DNA of 64,000 nt from Eledone cirrhosa (lineage: Eukaryota), in the NCBI GenBank assembly GCA_964016885.1, contig OZ024741.1, forward strand, positions 165,354,001 to 165,418,000, read 5' to 3'. Shown here piece after piece: positions 38,510-53,206 of the stretch (the stretch's first letter is position 1; each line of letters begins with the position of its first letter). The notes under the pieces are model-generated. The model made no database searches. It was given only the letters and a program-made list of their open reading frames with translations, and was not told the origin of the DNA. Made by a program: the position numbers and the translations under genes.

Positions 38510-40975
38510 ACGTAAGGAATTACATACGAAGTACAAAAAAACAAACGCAACTACACTAACCAACATTAATAACGCAGCATGTGATATTGTTAAGAAACTG
38601 AAAATCGACGACAGAACGGAACCCCTATCTCCAGCGACACCGACTTTTAATTTGAAGGACCATAAGGCTAACTTCGATACTAACCCTAAAATTAGATTAA
38701 TATGTCCTTCAAAATCTGATATAGGTAGAATCAGTAAGTACATATTAGATCGTATTATCCCCCAAGTTAAGGCTAAGGTAGATATTAAATTATGGGGTAA
38801 TACTCAACAGGCAATAAGTTGGTTCAATAACATCAGTGACAAAAACAAATCTTCTTTTATTCAATTCGATATAGATGAATACTATTCCTCTATTTCACCT
38901 CTGCATAAGGCCCTCTCATTCGCTAAGGCCAACTCGGACCTCACAAACGAGGATATTAATATTATACTTGAAGCTAGACGTACAGTAGTCCATTTTGAAA
39001 ATAGTTATTGGGTCCGCAGAGATAGACCCTCGGAATTTGACATTACGATGGGTTCTAATGATTCGGCGGAAGTTACAGATTTGGTTGGAATCTATATAGC
39101 TCACAGACTCCAGAGCGAATTTATTGACCTCCACGGTGGAATCTACCGTGATGATGCACTCCTATTAGTAAAAAATATGAACAAACAAAACCTAGAAAGG
39201 CGACGTAAAAACATTAGGAAACTTTTCTTAGAAATAGGACTTAGTATTACCTTCGAACACAATCTTAAAGTGGTCAATTTCTTGGATGTCACCTTCAACC
39301 TTAATAACGGTAATATAAAGCCATTTCACAAACTTAATGAAAATCTCAAGTACGTTAATGTAAGATCGAACCACCCCCCATTCCATTATTAAATCTATCC
39401 CTAAAAATATATCCATAAGGATCTCCTGACTGTCGTCTAATTTGCAGACCTTCAACGAGCATGCTGAGTATTATAACGACGCACTTAGAAAAGCTGGTTA
39501 CTGCGAGAAAATAGAATATCTAGAAGATAACCACATAGATACTATGAATAAATCACATCTAAGTCGAACTAGTATTGGACCACACAGACACATTAATAGG
39601 CATAATAGGTGCAAACCAACAAATAGAGTTAGACGTAGAGAGTACATATGGTATAACCCCGTGTACAATATTTCTATTAGCACTAAGATTATCTCACAAT
39701 TCTATACACTGATCAATAAACACTTTACAACTTCACATAAATACTATAAAATCTTAAACTCGCGCACCATTAGACTCTCATACTCCACTGCACCTAACAT
39801 AGAACAACTAATTAAAAAACTCAACTCAACAATACTAAATAAGTACATCCCTAATGACACAGCGCACCAGCATAGCGACATACAACGCACTAACACGCAG
39901 CTACAACCCCCCCAAACTATCCAGGATACTACTGCAAAACATAAAAATAACTGTAACTGCACTAAACCAGGTTCGTGCCCATTGAATAACCAATGCCTAG
40001 CACGCAATATTGTCTACCGATGTACAATAAATTCCGGAACCAACAAATGGCATTACGTCGGATGTACCGCAACATCTTTCAAAGCTCGCCTATACCAACA
40101 TCGATCTTCGATCAAGCATGAGAAAATGCGCTCCGTAACAACCCTCGCCGACAAAGCCTGGCAGCTTCGGGAGAACAATCAAGCATTCTCCCTTGATTGG
40201 CAAATTATTGCAGTTGTGCCAGCATATATAGCAAAATCACCTTTTTTGTAAATTATGCAATATGGAGATATACTGCATTTTAACGTCGGAAAACAAACTT
40301 TTGAACAGCAAAATTTAACGTTCACTTTACTGTAACCATCGTTTAAAAACGACTTTTTCTTTTTTTTAAATGCATGTAATGTTATCTTTTTACACCACCA
40401 TTTGCAAATTTTTATTTTTATTTTTATTTCATATTTTTATATGTTTATACACACGATATGGCTTTTTATAATAATAGCACTAAACACTGTTTTTTTAGAC
40501 CCCTTTAGAAATATCCTGCTACTATAATAGCCCCAATAACTTGTCTGTAATTCTGTACTACATTGACCCCTTTAACTAAATTTTGCCCAAACAACACCAC
40601 TAGAAGAATTTACTTCCCCCGCCAACCCTAACACGCCTCATTTGGCTAACTGCTGCCAAATCATTTTCTTCTATACAATCTCTACTACTCTGACAGTCTT
40701 GAATTCTATGACTCCCTCCCCCTTACTCACTTCGCTCTTCCTCTTCCCTTCCTACCTCCTACTTTCTCTCGTATCTAGTGTATAAAATATTTTCCTATCA
40801 TTCTACCATAAAGGTCTGACGACATGGTCCGTTCTCTTACAGTGTACCTACGATTTATGATAATATTTTTATATTATACAAATAGCGAGGTATAGGTAAC
40901 CCACACACTATAAAAACAATTGTTACCTAATATATTCTTTATACCCGCATTTCCGTTTCATAAACTTCTTCTTCT
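38510..40975 (+). mobile_element. Penelope-like retroelement (RT + C-terminal GIY-YIG endonuclease), 5'-truncated and disrupted
   Basis: RT motifs FIQFDIDEYY, ITMGS, YRDD, NFLDVTF. Endonuclease IVYRC...YVGCT..FKARLYQH with CNC..C..C and a C-terminal CKLC...CNH. +1 frameshifts near 39380 and 40245, in-frame TGA at 39427. Flanked by (TA)n, with a hammerhead remnant in the 3' non-coding part. Confidence 0.93.
40812..40928 (+). ncRNA. Hammerhead remnant in the 3' region (pseudo-LTR) of the Penelope-like element
   Basis: AGGT-CTGACGA(40816-40822)-~90 nt structured insert-AAAA (GAAA mutated)-CAATTG palindrome-TT-ACCT. Confidence 0.55.
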
Positions 40976-40976
40976 A

Positions 40977-41007
<31 letters not shown>

Positions 41008-41524
41008 GTGTTTGTGTTTTTGTTTATATATATATATACACACATATATATCATCATCATCATCATCGTTTAAAGTCCGTGTTCCACGCTTGCATGGGTT
41101 TGGACGGGAGTTTTCCCACTTGAGGCAAGAGTGGTTGTCATTGCTCGCATAGGACTGTCTGGCGGGTTTTCTACAGCTGGATGCCCTTCCTAACACCAAC
41201 CACATTTACAGTGTGGGGCTGGGAGGTTTTTACCGTGTTGCCTACACGGCCACATTACAGCGTGGACTGTGTGTTTTTTTGTCGTGACACCTACACGATC
41301 TCATTTGTTTCGGCCTGGATGTTGTGGCACCAACATAACTTTACATTGAAAGGGGCGGTGTGGATGGGGTGGAGGTGGTGGGACGGGGGTGTATTTTGTT
41401 AGAGATGCCTACTGACTGTAGTAGGTTTATATACATATATATATACACACATACATATAGATTTATATATATACATATATATATATATTTATACACACAT
41501 ACATATACATATATATACACACAT

Positions 41525-41569
<45 letters not shown>

Positions 41570-41768
41570 CACATATATATATACACACATACACATATAT
41601 ATATACACACACATATATATATATACACATATATATACACACATATACATATATATATATAAATATATACACACATATACATATATACATACATATATAT
41701 ACACACACACACACAAATATATACATATACACACACACACATAAATACATATATATATACGCACACAC

Positions 41769-41819
<51 letters not shown>

Positions 41820-43434
41820 TACAAATAAAAACAAATTTACAACATATACTGACATAATTTGGACAGCTCAGTAAGAAATACTTTTTCCAGTTGTCAGTCA
41901 TATCTTTTTGCAAGATGTATCTATCGTATCCTATACAACTTCCCTTAAAATCAACTTCCACACAGTATCTATCTTAGCAATCATCAAACAACACAGATGT
42001 AGCTCACAACAAATGTTTTTGTTTTGAGAGAATTAGAAAGAAAATACAATTTCTTTATATTTTTCATTCCCCCGCCGTGTTATTCCTTACAATATATAGA
42101 TATTTCACGTCAATGAAATATACCAAATAAACTAAGAACAAAAAAGGACATGGTAAGATTTATAGTAGCCAGTTCTTTTTATGATAATTTAGTGTTGTCT
42201 TGCTGCTTTTTTACCTTCATATGAATGTAGGGGAAGGGGGGCGGGGGGCATGGGATAGAATGACTGAACACGCTACATGTATCTATCTACAGGCAAAAGA
42301 ACTATTTGTAATACTGCCAACATTTCTTTTTATCAAACTATAGATTTTTCAGTTAATGAGGAAATATTTCAAAGTAACTTACATATGTGATTAAAATAAG
42401 TAACATTAACAATAAAACAAAACCAGCCAGTAATAGCTGATGCACCCACCTTATTAATTTACCAGCATGTTCAGCTAGTTTCTGCTGTAAACTATACATA
42501 TTTTTTGGTAATGATTTGGAGTAAGTCCCAATTTTGGATAGAATATTACTTTGTTGTGTAACAAATGCCGTTCATTCACTGCTTTTTTTTGTCTTATCTA
42601 TTCATATTTTTTTTGTTTCTTTCTGATATCCCTTATAATTTTGACTTACATTCTGCAGTTAAATGTCTAAATATTCTCAAATATATTTCTTGACAGCAAA
42701 GATAGAATGGCTTGGGTTCCACTATTTAGCTTCACAATTCAAGCAATAGTGAACCTTGCCATTCATCATTCGGTTTTTAATAAAAGAAAATATACAAGCT
42801 ATAAAAGTGGGGTAAATTCAATTATCTTATATGTTAAGAGGGTTGAAAGGACACAACATCATCTCTAGTGTGGGCACAACATCATCTCTATAATGCACCC
42901 AGTACTCTCTGTAATTGGTGATAGGAAATTTGCCAAACAAAGGCTTGGTGTACTCTTCAGTTGTTCCAAACACATCACCATCTCCCTGGAGGATCCAGCC
43001 AGTACTTTGTTCCAGGGCCCAAGAGCTAAGAAGGCCTCATAGCAACTATGCAAAATTCATTTTGAAAAAAGTCTTCGCTTGCTTCAGGCCCCAAAGGGCT
43101 CTTGTACCACCTTGTAAAATTTCTCTTGGAGGGCCTGCTGGTAACACAAAAAACCTGCACATTGAATACCATGTAAGGGGGGTAGGTGTTAGGAAGGGTA
43201 TCCAGTCATAGAAACTATGCCAAATATGAAATGCATGAGCAAGATGAGGTTGCTCCAACCTGTCTGGTCTCAGATGATAACAATGCAACAACCCATGCTA
43301 CCGTGGAAAGCAGACATAAAATGATGTTGATGATGATGGTGATGATAGTTTATACTGTGTTCAGTACAGCAAATTACTAGGGATTCAACTGACAGGAAAA
43401 AGAACAAAAAATCTTCAAAATAAATAAAAAATTA

Positions 43435-43761
<327 letters not shown>

Positions 43762-44149
43762 TCAACTTTGCTTTTAATCCTTTCAAGGTCAATAAAAAAA
43801 AATCCCAGTCCAGTACTGAGCTCAATTCTTCCTCGATATCTCTTACTTCATCTCTGTCACATTCTCTCCTTCTCTAGAAAAAATTGGCTGTGTTCTGACC
43901 CCATCAGGATTTAAATGCCCAAGACACCCAATATGTTACTACAGGACCCCTACAATTCCAGCATATAAGCATATATACAATATCATATAAAGAAATTCAA
44001 ACAAAAACTATTACAGTTTAGAAAAATATATTTCACTTGATAAAAATACCATGTATTTGGAAGGATTACTAATTATTTAAATAACCCTTTAGCATTTAAA
44101 CCGGCCATATCTGGGTAGAATTCTCTCACCTCTTTCTGTACAAACCGGC

Positions 44150-47100
44150 TGTAACTGTGTCTGTATGGGTAACTGTGTCTGTGTGAGTGACTGTGTGTGT
44201 GAGTGACTGTGTGTCTGTGAGTGACTGTGTGTCTGTGAGTGACTGTGTGTCAGCGAGTGACTGTGTGTCAGCGAGTGACTGTGTGTCTGTGTGGGTGACT
44301 GTGTGTCTGTCTGTGTACCTGTGTGGGTGACTGTGTGTGTGTGTGTGACTGTGTGTCTGTGTGAGTGTTGGTGTGTCTGTGTGGGTGACTATGTGTCTGT
44401 GTGGGTGATTGTGTGTCTGTGTGTGTGACTGTGTGTCTGTGAGTGACTGTGTGTCTGTATGAGTGACTGTGTGTCTGTGAGTGACTGTGTGTCTGCGTGA
44501 GTGACTGTGTGTCTGTGTGAGTGACTGTGTGTCTGTGTGAGTGACTGTGTGTCTGTGAGTGACTGTGTGTCTGTGTGAGTGACTGTGTGTCTGTGTGAGT
44601 GACTGGGTGTCGGTGAGTGACTGGGTGTCTGTATGGGTGACTGTGTGTGTCTGTGTACTTGTGTGGGTGACTGTGTGTGTCTGTGTACTTGTGTGGGTGA
44701 CTGTGTGTGTGTGTGTGTGTGATTGGTGATTGTGTGTCAGTCTGGGTGACTGTGTGTCTGTGTGAGTGACTGTGTCTGTGAGTGACTGTGTGTCTGTGTG
44801 AGTGACTGTGTCTGTGAGTGACTGTGTGTCTGTGTGAGTGACTGTGTGTCGGTGGGTTACTGTGTGTCTGTTTGTGTACTTGTGTGGGTAGCTGTGTGTG
44901 CATGAGCGACTGGGTGTGTGTGTGTGTGAGTGACTGTGTGTTTGAGCGAATGTGTGTGTGTGAGTGACTGTGTGTCGGTGAGTGACTGTGTGTCTGTGTG
45001 GGTGGCTGTGTGTCTGTCTGTGTACTTGTGTGGGTAACTGTGTGTCTGTCTGTGTACTTGTGTGGGTGACTGTGTTTGTGTTTGAGCGACTGTGTGTTTG
45101 AGTGAATGTGTGTGTGTGAGTGACTGTGTGTCTGTGTGGGTGACTGTGTGTCTGTCTGTGTACTTGTGTGAGTGACTGTGTGTGTGTGAGCGACTGGGTG
45201 TGTGTGTGAGTGACTGTGTGTCTGTGAGTGACTGTGTGTCTGTATGAGTGTCGGTGTGTCTGTGAGTGACTGTGTGTCTGTGTGAGTGACTATGTGTCTG
45301 TGAGTGACTGTGTGTCTGTGTGAGTGTCGGTGTGTCTGTGAGTGACTGTGTGTCTGTGTGAGTGACTATGTGTCTGTGAGTGACTGTGTATCTGTGTGAG
45401 TGACTGTGTCTGTGTGGGTGACTGTGTGTACTTGTGTGGGTGACTGTGTGTCTGTGTGAGTGACTGTGTGTCTGTATGAGTGACTGTGTGTCAGTGGGTG
45501 ACTGTGTGTCTGTTTGTGTACTTGTGTGAGTGACTGTGTGTGAGCGACTGGGTGTATGTGTGAGTGACTGTGTGTCTGTGTGAGTGACTATGTGTCTGTG
45601 TGAGTGACTGTGTGTACTTGTGTGGGTGACTGTGTGTGTGTGTGAATGACTGTGTGTCTGTATGAGTGACTGTGTGTCAGTGGGTGACTGTGTGTCTGAC
45701 TGTGTGTCTGTCTGTGTACTTGTGTGGGTGAATGTGTGTCTGTCTGTGTATTTGTGTGAGTGACTGTGTGTCTGTGAATGACTGTGTCTCTGTGTGAGTG
45801 ACTGTGTGTCTGTGTGAGTGTCGGTGTGTCTGTGAGTGACTGTGTGTCTGTGTGTCTGTGTGAGTGACTATGTGTCTGTGTGAGTGACTGTGTGTCTGTG
45901 TGGGTGACTGTGTGTCTGTGTGAGTGACTGTGTCTGTGTGAGTGAATGTGTGTTGGTGAGTGACGGTGTGTCTGTGTGGGTGACTGTGTGTCTGTCTGTG
46001 TACCTGTGTGGGTGACTGTGTGTGCATGAGCGACTGTGTGTTTGAGCGACTGTGTGTCTGTGTGAGTGACTGGGTGTCTGTGTGGGTGACTGTGTGTCTG
46101 TGTGAGTGACTGTGTGTCGTGTGTGTCTGTGTGGGTGACTGTGTGTCTGTCTGTGTACCTGTGTCTGTGTGCATGACCGTGTGTCTGTGTGAGTGACTGT
46201 GTGTATGTGTGGGTGACTGTGTGTCTGTGTGAGTGACTGTGTGTATGTGTGGGTGACTGTGTGTCTGTGTGAGTGACTGTGTATCTGTGTCGGTGACTGT
46301 GTGTCTGTGTGAGTGACTGTGTGTCTGTGTGAGTGACTGTGTGTATGTGTGGGTGAATGTGTGTCTGTCTGTGTACCTGTGTGGGTGACTGCATCTGTGT
46401 GCGTGACCGTGTGTCTGTGTATATGTGTGGGTGACCGTGTGTCTGTGAACGTGACCATGTGTCTGTGTGAGTGACTATGTGTCTGTGTGGGTGAGTGTGT
46501 GTCTGTGTGGGTGACTGTGTGTCTGTCTGTGTACCTGTGTGGGTGACCGTGTGTCTGTGTGCATGACCGTGTGTCTGTGTGAGTGACTGTGTGTATGTGT
46601 GGGTGACTGTGTGTCTGTGTGAGTGACTGTGTGTATGTGTGGGTGACTGTGTGTCTGTGTGGGTGACTGTGCGTCTGTGTGAGTGACTGTGTGTCTGTGT
46701 GAGTGACTGTGTGTATGTGTGGGTGACTGTGTGTCTGTGTGTGTGACCGTGTGTCTGTGTGAGTGACTGTGTGTCTGTGTGGGTGACTGTGCGTCTGTGT
46801 GAGTGACTGTGTGTCTGTATGAGTGACTGTGTGTCTGTATGAGTCATTGTGTGTCAGTGGGTGACTGTGTGTCTATCTATGTACTTGTGTGTGTGATCGT
46901 GTGTCTGTCTGTGTACTTGTGTGGGTGACTGTGTGTGTGTGAGCGAATGTGTGTGTATGAGTGACTGTGTGTCTGTAAGTGACTGTGTGTCTGTGTGGGT
47001 GACTGTGTGTCTGTCTGTGTACTTGTGTGGGTGATTGTGTGTGTGTGAGTGACTGTGTGTCTGTAAGTGACTGTGTGTCTGTGTGTCTGTCTGTGTACTT

Positions 47101-47560
47101 GTGTGGGTGATTGTGTGTGTGTGAGCGACTGTGTGTGTGTGAGCAACTGTGTGTGTGTGTGAGTGACTGTGTGTCTGTGTGAGTGTCAGTGTGTCTGTGA
47201 GTGAATGTGTGTGTGTGAGTGACTATGTGTCTGTGAGTGACTGTGTCTGTGTGAGTGACTGTGTGTCTGTGTGAGTGACTGTGTGTCTGTATGAGTGACT
47301 GTGTGTCTGTGTGAGTGACTGTGTGTTGGTGAGTGACTGTGTCTGTGTGAGTGACTGTGTGTCTGTATGAGTGACTGTGTGTCTGTGTGAGTGACTGTGT
47401 GTCTGTGTGGGTGACTGTGTGTCTGTCTGTGTACCTGTGTGGGTGACTGTGTGTTTGAGCGACTGTGTGTCTGTGTGAGTGACTGTTTGTCTGTGTGAGT
47501 GAATGTGTGTCTGTGTGAGTGAATGTGTGTATGCATGTGTGAGTCACTGTATGTATGTGT
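44150..47560. repeat. 3.4-kb GT-rich satellite (GTGAGTGACTGTGTGTCTGT variants)
   Basis: 18-20 bp units with higher-order blocks. Confidence 0.93.
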
Positions 47561-47940
47561 GTGTATATGTACTTGTACACACATAGCATGATTTACATAT
47601 TAGTTACCATTCAGTGTTACTGGTGTCACTATCATTATATCTATCAGCAGTCTTACATGATCCACAGCACATTAGACTCCTCTTATTCACCATCTCGTCC
47701 TTCCTTCATCTATCACTTATTAAGAGGAAGGACAAAAACATCTCACCAGAGGAATGAGGTGGGGTACGGTAGAGATATAGTTGACTTTCTTCAGAGGTGT
47801 GTTTGTCCATAATTTTGTTCTGAGATTTCTTGCTGTCTTGGAATGAAATTATTGATTCTCTGTACTTACATCAAAGTTTATAAAACTTTATGTGTCCCCC
47901 TTCCCGCCTCACAAACACACACACGTTTATATACACACAC

Positions 47941-48014
<74 letters not shown>

Positions 48015-48286
48015 TAAATATATAAATATATATATATATATATACACACATACATATATATACACATGCATATATATATATATATATACACATATATATA
48101 TATATATATACATAAACATATATATATATATATATACACATACATATATATGCATATATCTACACACATACATATATACACACATACAGATATATATACA
48201 CACATACGTATATATACACACACACACATATATATATATATATACATACATATACATACATATATATATACACATATATATGCATA

Positions 48287-48320
<34 letters not shown>

Positions 48321-48417
48321 ACATATATATATGCATACATATACATATATGCGTACATACATATACATATATACATATACATATACATACATATATATAC
48401 TCATATATATATATACA

Positions 48418-48460
<43 letters not shown>

Positions 48461-49261
48461 GTGGGTATGGATATATGTATATACATACATATACATCTAT
48501 AATATTCACTGTTGTGTTGTTAGTTGTTTGTAATTTAATTTCTTTATTATTTCTTATTTTCTTTCATTTTGTTATATTTTATTATGTGATTAAAATCTCA
48601 GCCTATTGCTCTGATTTCTGATGTAATCAATACCTCTTGCTTGAATATTGGAACTGACAGATCTATAAATAACAATGTCGTTCCTCTCTAGATCACAGAA
48701 GCATACAAACACACACACAGACACATACATGAATACAAACACATACAGAGAGGTACATACATGAATACATACATACAGAAGGCCATATACATAAATACAT
48801 ACATACAGGGAGGCATATACATGAATTATACATACCCAGATGAATTACCACATATATGAAGAGGAAAATACATAAACACTTAACATGGAATTACACAGGA
48901 AGACATGCAACACACTGCATATAGCCTGGTGCTGAATTCTATCCTTGAAACCTGAACATATATATATATATGATGATGATGATGATGATGATGATATATA
49001 TATAAATATATATACACACACACACACACATGGTGTCCCAAAAAATGTATACATACTTTGATTACTTGTACAAGACAATATTTATTAGAATGCTGTTGAA
49101 ATGTGTATACATTTTTTGGGGGACACCCTGTGTGTCTGCATATTATATATATATATTGAAGCTGACACAGGAGATGACGAAGGACCATGACGAATGGAGA
49201 GGTGCTGTGCTGAAGAGGACCTGCCCACCCTTGCAAGCAAGGAAAAGTGGTCATAAAATGA

Positions 49262-49300
<39 letters not shown>

Positions 49301-51884
49301 AAAATTAAATCAAATTGTTTAGAACTACAAGTGAAGTCATTCTTATCCTTTTTCAAATATATATATATATATATATGAAATATAAGAATCAAAGAACTGT
49401 TCAAAACATTATTGTGCTTACAGCTGTTTCCTCCAAATCGAGAATGTTTTGAACAGTTCTTTGATTCTTATATTTCATATAACTGCTCTGTAAATCATCT
49501 GATGTTTTTACATTGAGCTACTTAACTTACTGGTAATAAGGTAGTAATACATTACTGCCTACCACTATTTAGGGTGTGTGTAAAATACTTACAACTGCTT
49601 AAGGTTTTGTGTTTACATAACCATAAATAGTATAACTAATACTATATATATATATATACATACACACACTTACGTATATACAACATAATAGAGATGTATA
49701 AATTCAACTTTGTATGCATGTATATATGTATGTATATGTATATATGTATGTGGGTTTGTGTATATGTATATATGTATATATATAAGGGTGAATCAACTCC
49801 TCAGATTCGACACACATCCACCCCAACTATGGGTTAAATACCCTCTTTGACCTGCAATTGGCCAAGTGTGGTGAGTATGGCTACACAGACATGACCAAAA
49901 CCAAATAGAAAGCAGTGGGAAGCTAACCAGGGAGGTGTTCCTCCAACATAAATGAGAAGGCCCTGGATTGGATTGGAAATATATTTGTATATATGCTTGC
50001 TTATATGTATTTATTTTACTGTCCCTGGAAAGATGAAAGCCAAAGTTAACCATGGCAGGATTTGAAGCCGGAACAATTACTGCAATGGCATTTTATCTGA
50101 TGGTCAACCAATTCTGCCAATCCCCCACTGTTAGGTAATTATATTGACTACAGGTCAGGTTGATTAATATAAATAATAATTGTTTCTACTTTTGGCACAA
50201 GGCCAGCAATTATTCCAGTGTATTACTGGTACTTTATTTTATTGACCCCGTAAGAATGAAAGGCAAAGTTAACCTCGGCAGGATTTTAATATAAATAATA
50301 ATTGTTTCTATTTTAGGCACAAGGCCAGAAATAATAATGCTAATGTAACATATCAGTCAAGATACAATAGACTGATTAACTAGTCAATTAATCTTTAACT
50401 CTTTCATTACCATATTTATAATGAAAGACAGTCTGTGTTTTTTAAATAATTTTCACTGCCCAGCCCTCGACACAGAGCCTGTCACCATCTCCCATTCCCC
50501 CTCCCTTTCTACCATAGCCCAATAGTCCTTGCTTTTTCCCTCCTTTTCCTCTTATAGCATTTATAGTCCTTTCCTCTTCTTCCCTATACAGCCAGCCAGA
50601 TGTGCCCTTCTTTACTTTTCATTATTTAATTTTTTTTTATGTTTTTTTTTTTCATATTTCTATCATTATACAACTTCTTTGTAAAATAACCAAGAATTTG
50701 GAGGGATTTAATAATATAATTAACTTCCTCATTGTTAAGGTTCTTACATAAAATTAAGGTAGAGGATTTTTAAATAAATATAAACAATTTCAATACCTAT
50801 AAAAATGAGAAAACTCATCGCTAGAACAGCTGTTAAAAACAGCTAAATGCTGTCAATGATGGCGATGGGCAAAAATGTCTCAGAAGACAAAGACCAGCAG
50901 CCAATGGTCAACAGAGAGACAATCCACAAGGTGGGTGACAGGCAGATGAAATATAGAAAAGGTTGAAAGAGGAGGAGGACAAGGAGAAGTGCACTGGCAC
51001 ACAGAAGTGACTGGAAGAGGAAATAAAGAAAGGCAATGTAGAAGACAACTTCACACATGCACATCTTCACTATCATCAGCTCTCAAACTAGCAAAATGGT
51101 TTTGCACGATTTTGTATCATAGAACCAGGGTTAGTTCCAAGTGGTTTGTTGTCAAAATGCTTAATCAGTTTATGTGGAACATGTTTATTTACTTAACATA
51201 TATCCATGACAAAGGAACTTGCTAGTACACGTACTCTTAGGTCCCAAATAATGGGGGGGGGGGGGGGCATTTGCTTAAATTCTTATAAGCAGGGGAGTTG
51301 GGAAATCATTGTATAGTGTATGTTCATAAATATGGGATTTCTGGTAATGTTCTCTTTTTATATTCTCCAGCTGCAGTATCAATATGAATCACTTACAATA
51401 AAATCTTGCTGGAGATAGATTAGCAAAATTCATTTAGCGAGGGGGTTGGAAAAAATCTGAAAAATTAACAAGTAGGATGGACACTGACACGGACACACAC
51501 ACACAATTATTCAAGACCTTAGAGTAATTAAATGTATCTTCCCATTATTAATTAATTAAGGTTAGTTAGTTCAACACTGATAGTTGTCATTATCATCATC
51601 ATCACCATCACCTCCACCACTATCATCATCATGTCATCACCACCACTATCATCATCATGTCAGCGGTGGTGATGATTCAACTTACTATATTTCTTCCCAT
51701 ACAAAGAAAGACCTATTTCCTATCTTACAGAACCATCATATACTACACTTTAAGTAACTGATTTATTGCATCAAGGATTATGTTAATATAAAATCATTTA
51801 TTGGCAATTGGGTAGTAGCATCAGTAGAACAGTAGAGATAAACTGTACGCACAGACATATTTTCCTCTCAGTACTGGTTCAGTG

Positions 51885-51933
51885 AATGTCACTGATGAGA
51901 GATTAACAAACCATGAAACAGCTGTCTAGTATT
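51885..51933 (+). ncRNA. Degenerate hammerhead-like motif
   Basis: CTGATGA(51892-51898)-16 nt-GAAA-CAGCTG-TC-TAGTATT. Core and palindromic stem III are intact; stems I and II are eroded. Confidence 0.5.
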
Positions 51934-52166
51934 ATCAACAACCAATGAGATATCTGACATGTTCACAGAGTAAAAGAGAAAAATAATTTTTTCATACCGA
52001 AAAAGTATTTTTTCTTTGATAGCGAAGACCTCATGTGTTTATTATAAATAAACATATGTGTGTGTATATATATATATATATATATTTATATATTTATATA
52101 CATATATATATATTTTTTTTTTCAGAATATTAATAAATGAAGACATTCACATAATCAAATTATATG

Positions 52167-52230
52167 TTTTATTATATATATATTTCGAAGGTACTGTGTT
52201 GTTTTTTCAGTACGTCCTCGTCAGATAAAA
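52167..52230 (-). ncRNA. Type I minimal hammerhead motif (family B), intact core, CASK-sense orientation
   Basis: Minus strand: TTTTAT-CTGACGA-GGACGTACTG/CAGTACCTTC-GAAA-TATATATA-TA-ATAAAA. Confidence 0.82.
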
Positions 52231-52695
52231 TACATGAATTGATGTATGACATACCTCAACGGTCTTGATAGTTCAATTCCAGTATTGGCAGTGATTTATT
52301 AGAACAAATCTCAACATTTATATACCACAAATAATAACATGATAAACTTAAATTTAAAGAAGAAGAGGAAGTGGAGCGAGATAGGGATATAAGGAGGAGG
52401 TGAATATGAGGTGATGCAAGAAAAAAATAAAATAAATAAATACATACATACATAAATATTTAAATGAGTAAATAGAAGTAATAGGGAAGAAATATATAAA
52501 AAGACAAAAAATGGAAGAAAGAGAGAAGAAGAAAGAAGAAATAACGACAAAAAAAGAAAGAAATGAGGGGAGTAGGTAGACAGGCTGTTGTTTTCAAATA
52601 TTAAATCAAATTGAGGCAACCAATTAAATAACATGAAATTTGTAATATCTTTTGTATTTGGTTATGTTTAAGCTAATTATACATCAATTCATGTA

Positions 52696-52757
52696 TTTTA
52701 TCTGACAAGGGCGTACTGAAAAAATAACACAGTACCTTCAAAATATATATAATAAAA
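52696..52757 (+). ncRNA. Mutated hammerhead (family B), inverted twin of 52167-52230
   Basis: TTTTAT-CTGACAA-GGGCGTACTG...CAGTACCTTC-AAAA-TATATA-TA-ATAAAA. Both core G positions are changed to A in CpG context. Confidence 0.7.
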
Positions 52758-53140
52758 CATATATTTTGATTATGGGAATGTCTTCATTTATTAATATTCT
52801 GAATAATATTAATGACTCCAGAAAACTTTTACTGTAGAGTGCTTTTAATCTATTGTAAAACTATATTCATTGAGTAATCAATGAACCATATTGATCTTTG
52901 GTCATATATATATATAATTAGAAAGTGAACAACACAAAATATAACTACACCATTACATCTCTGTCTGAGAGTTAACACTTCTGTTTGGTGAACGATCCAG
53001 ACATATATTATTATCGTCTGTGATGCAGAAACCTTTGGTAATGGAGTAGTTATATTTTGTGTTGTTCACTTTCTAATTAAATAGCTCTGTTCTATACATA
53101 CAGCACACTTTTTTCCTTTGCTTTTCCTTTGGAATTACCT

Positions 53141-53206
<66 letters not shown>

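Noticed and set aside
39427-39429. In-frame TGA in the Penelope ORF as selenocysteine
   Set aside because: Context ISIRIS*LSS is not an evident Cys position, CGA-to-TGA decay is simpler, and the element has other lesions.
44268-47589. His/Thr-rich ORFs up to 419 aa
   Set aside because: Reverse-strand reading of the GT satellite, open in multiple frames.
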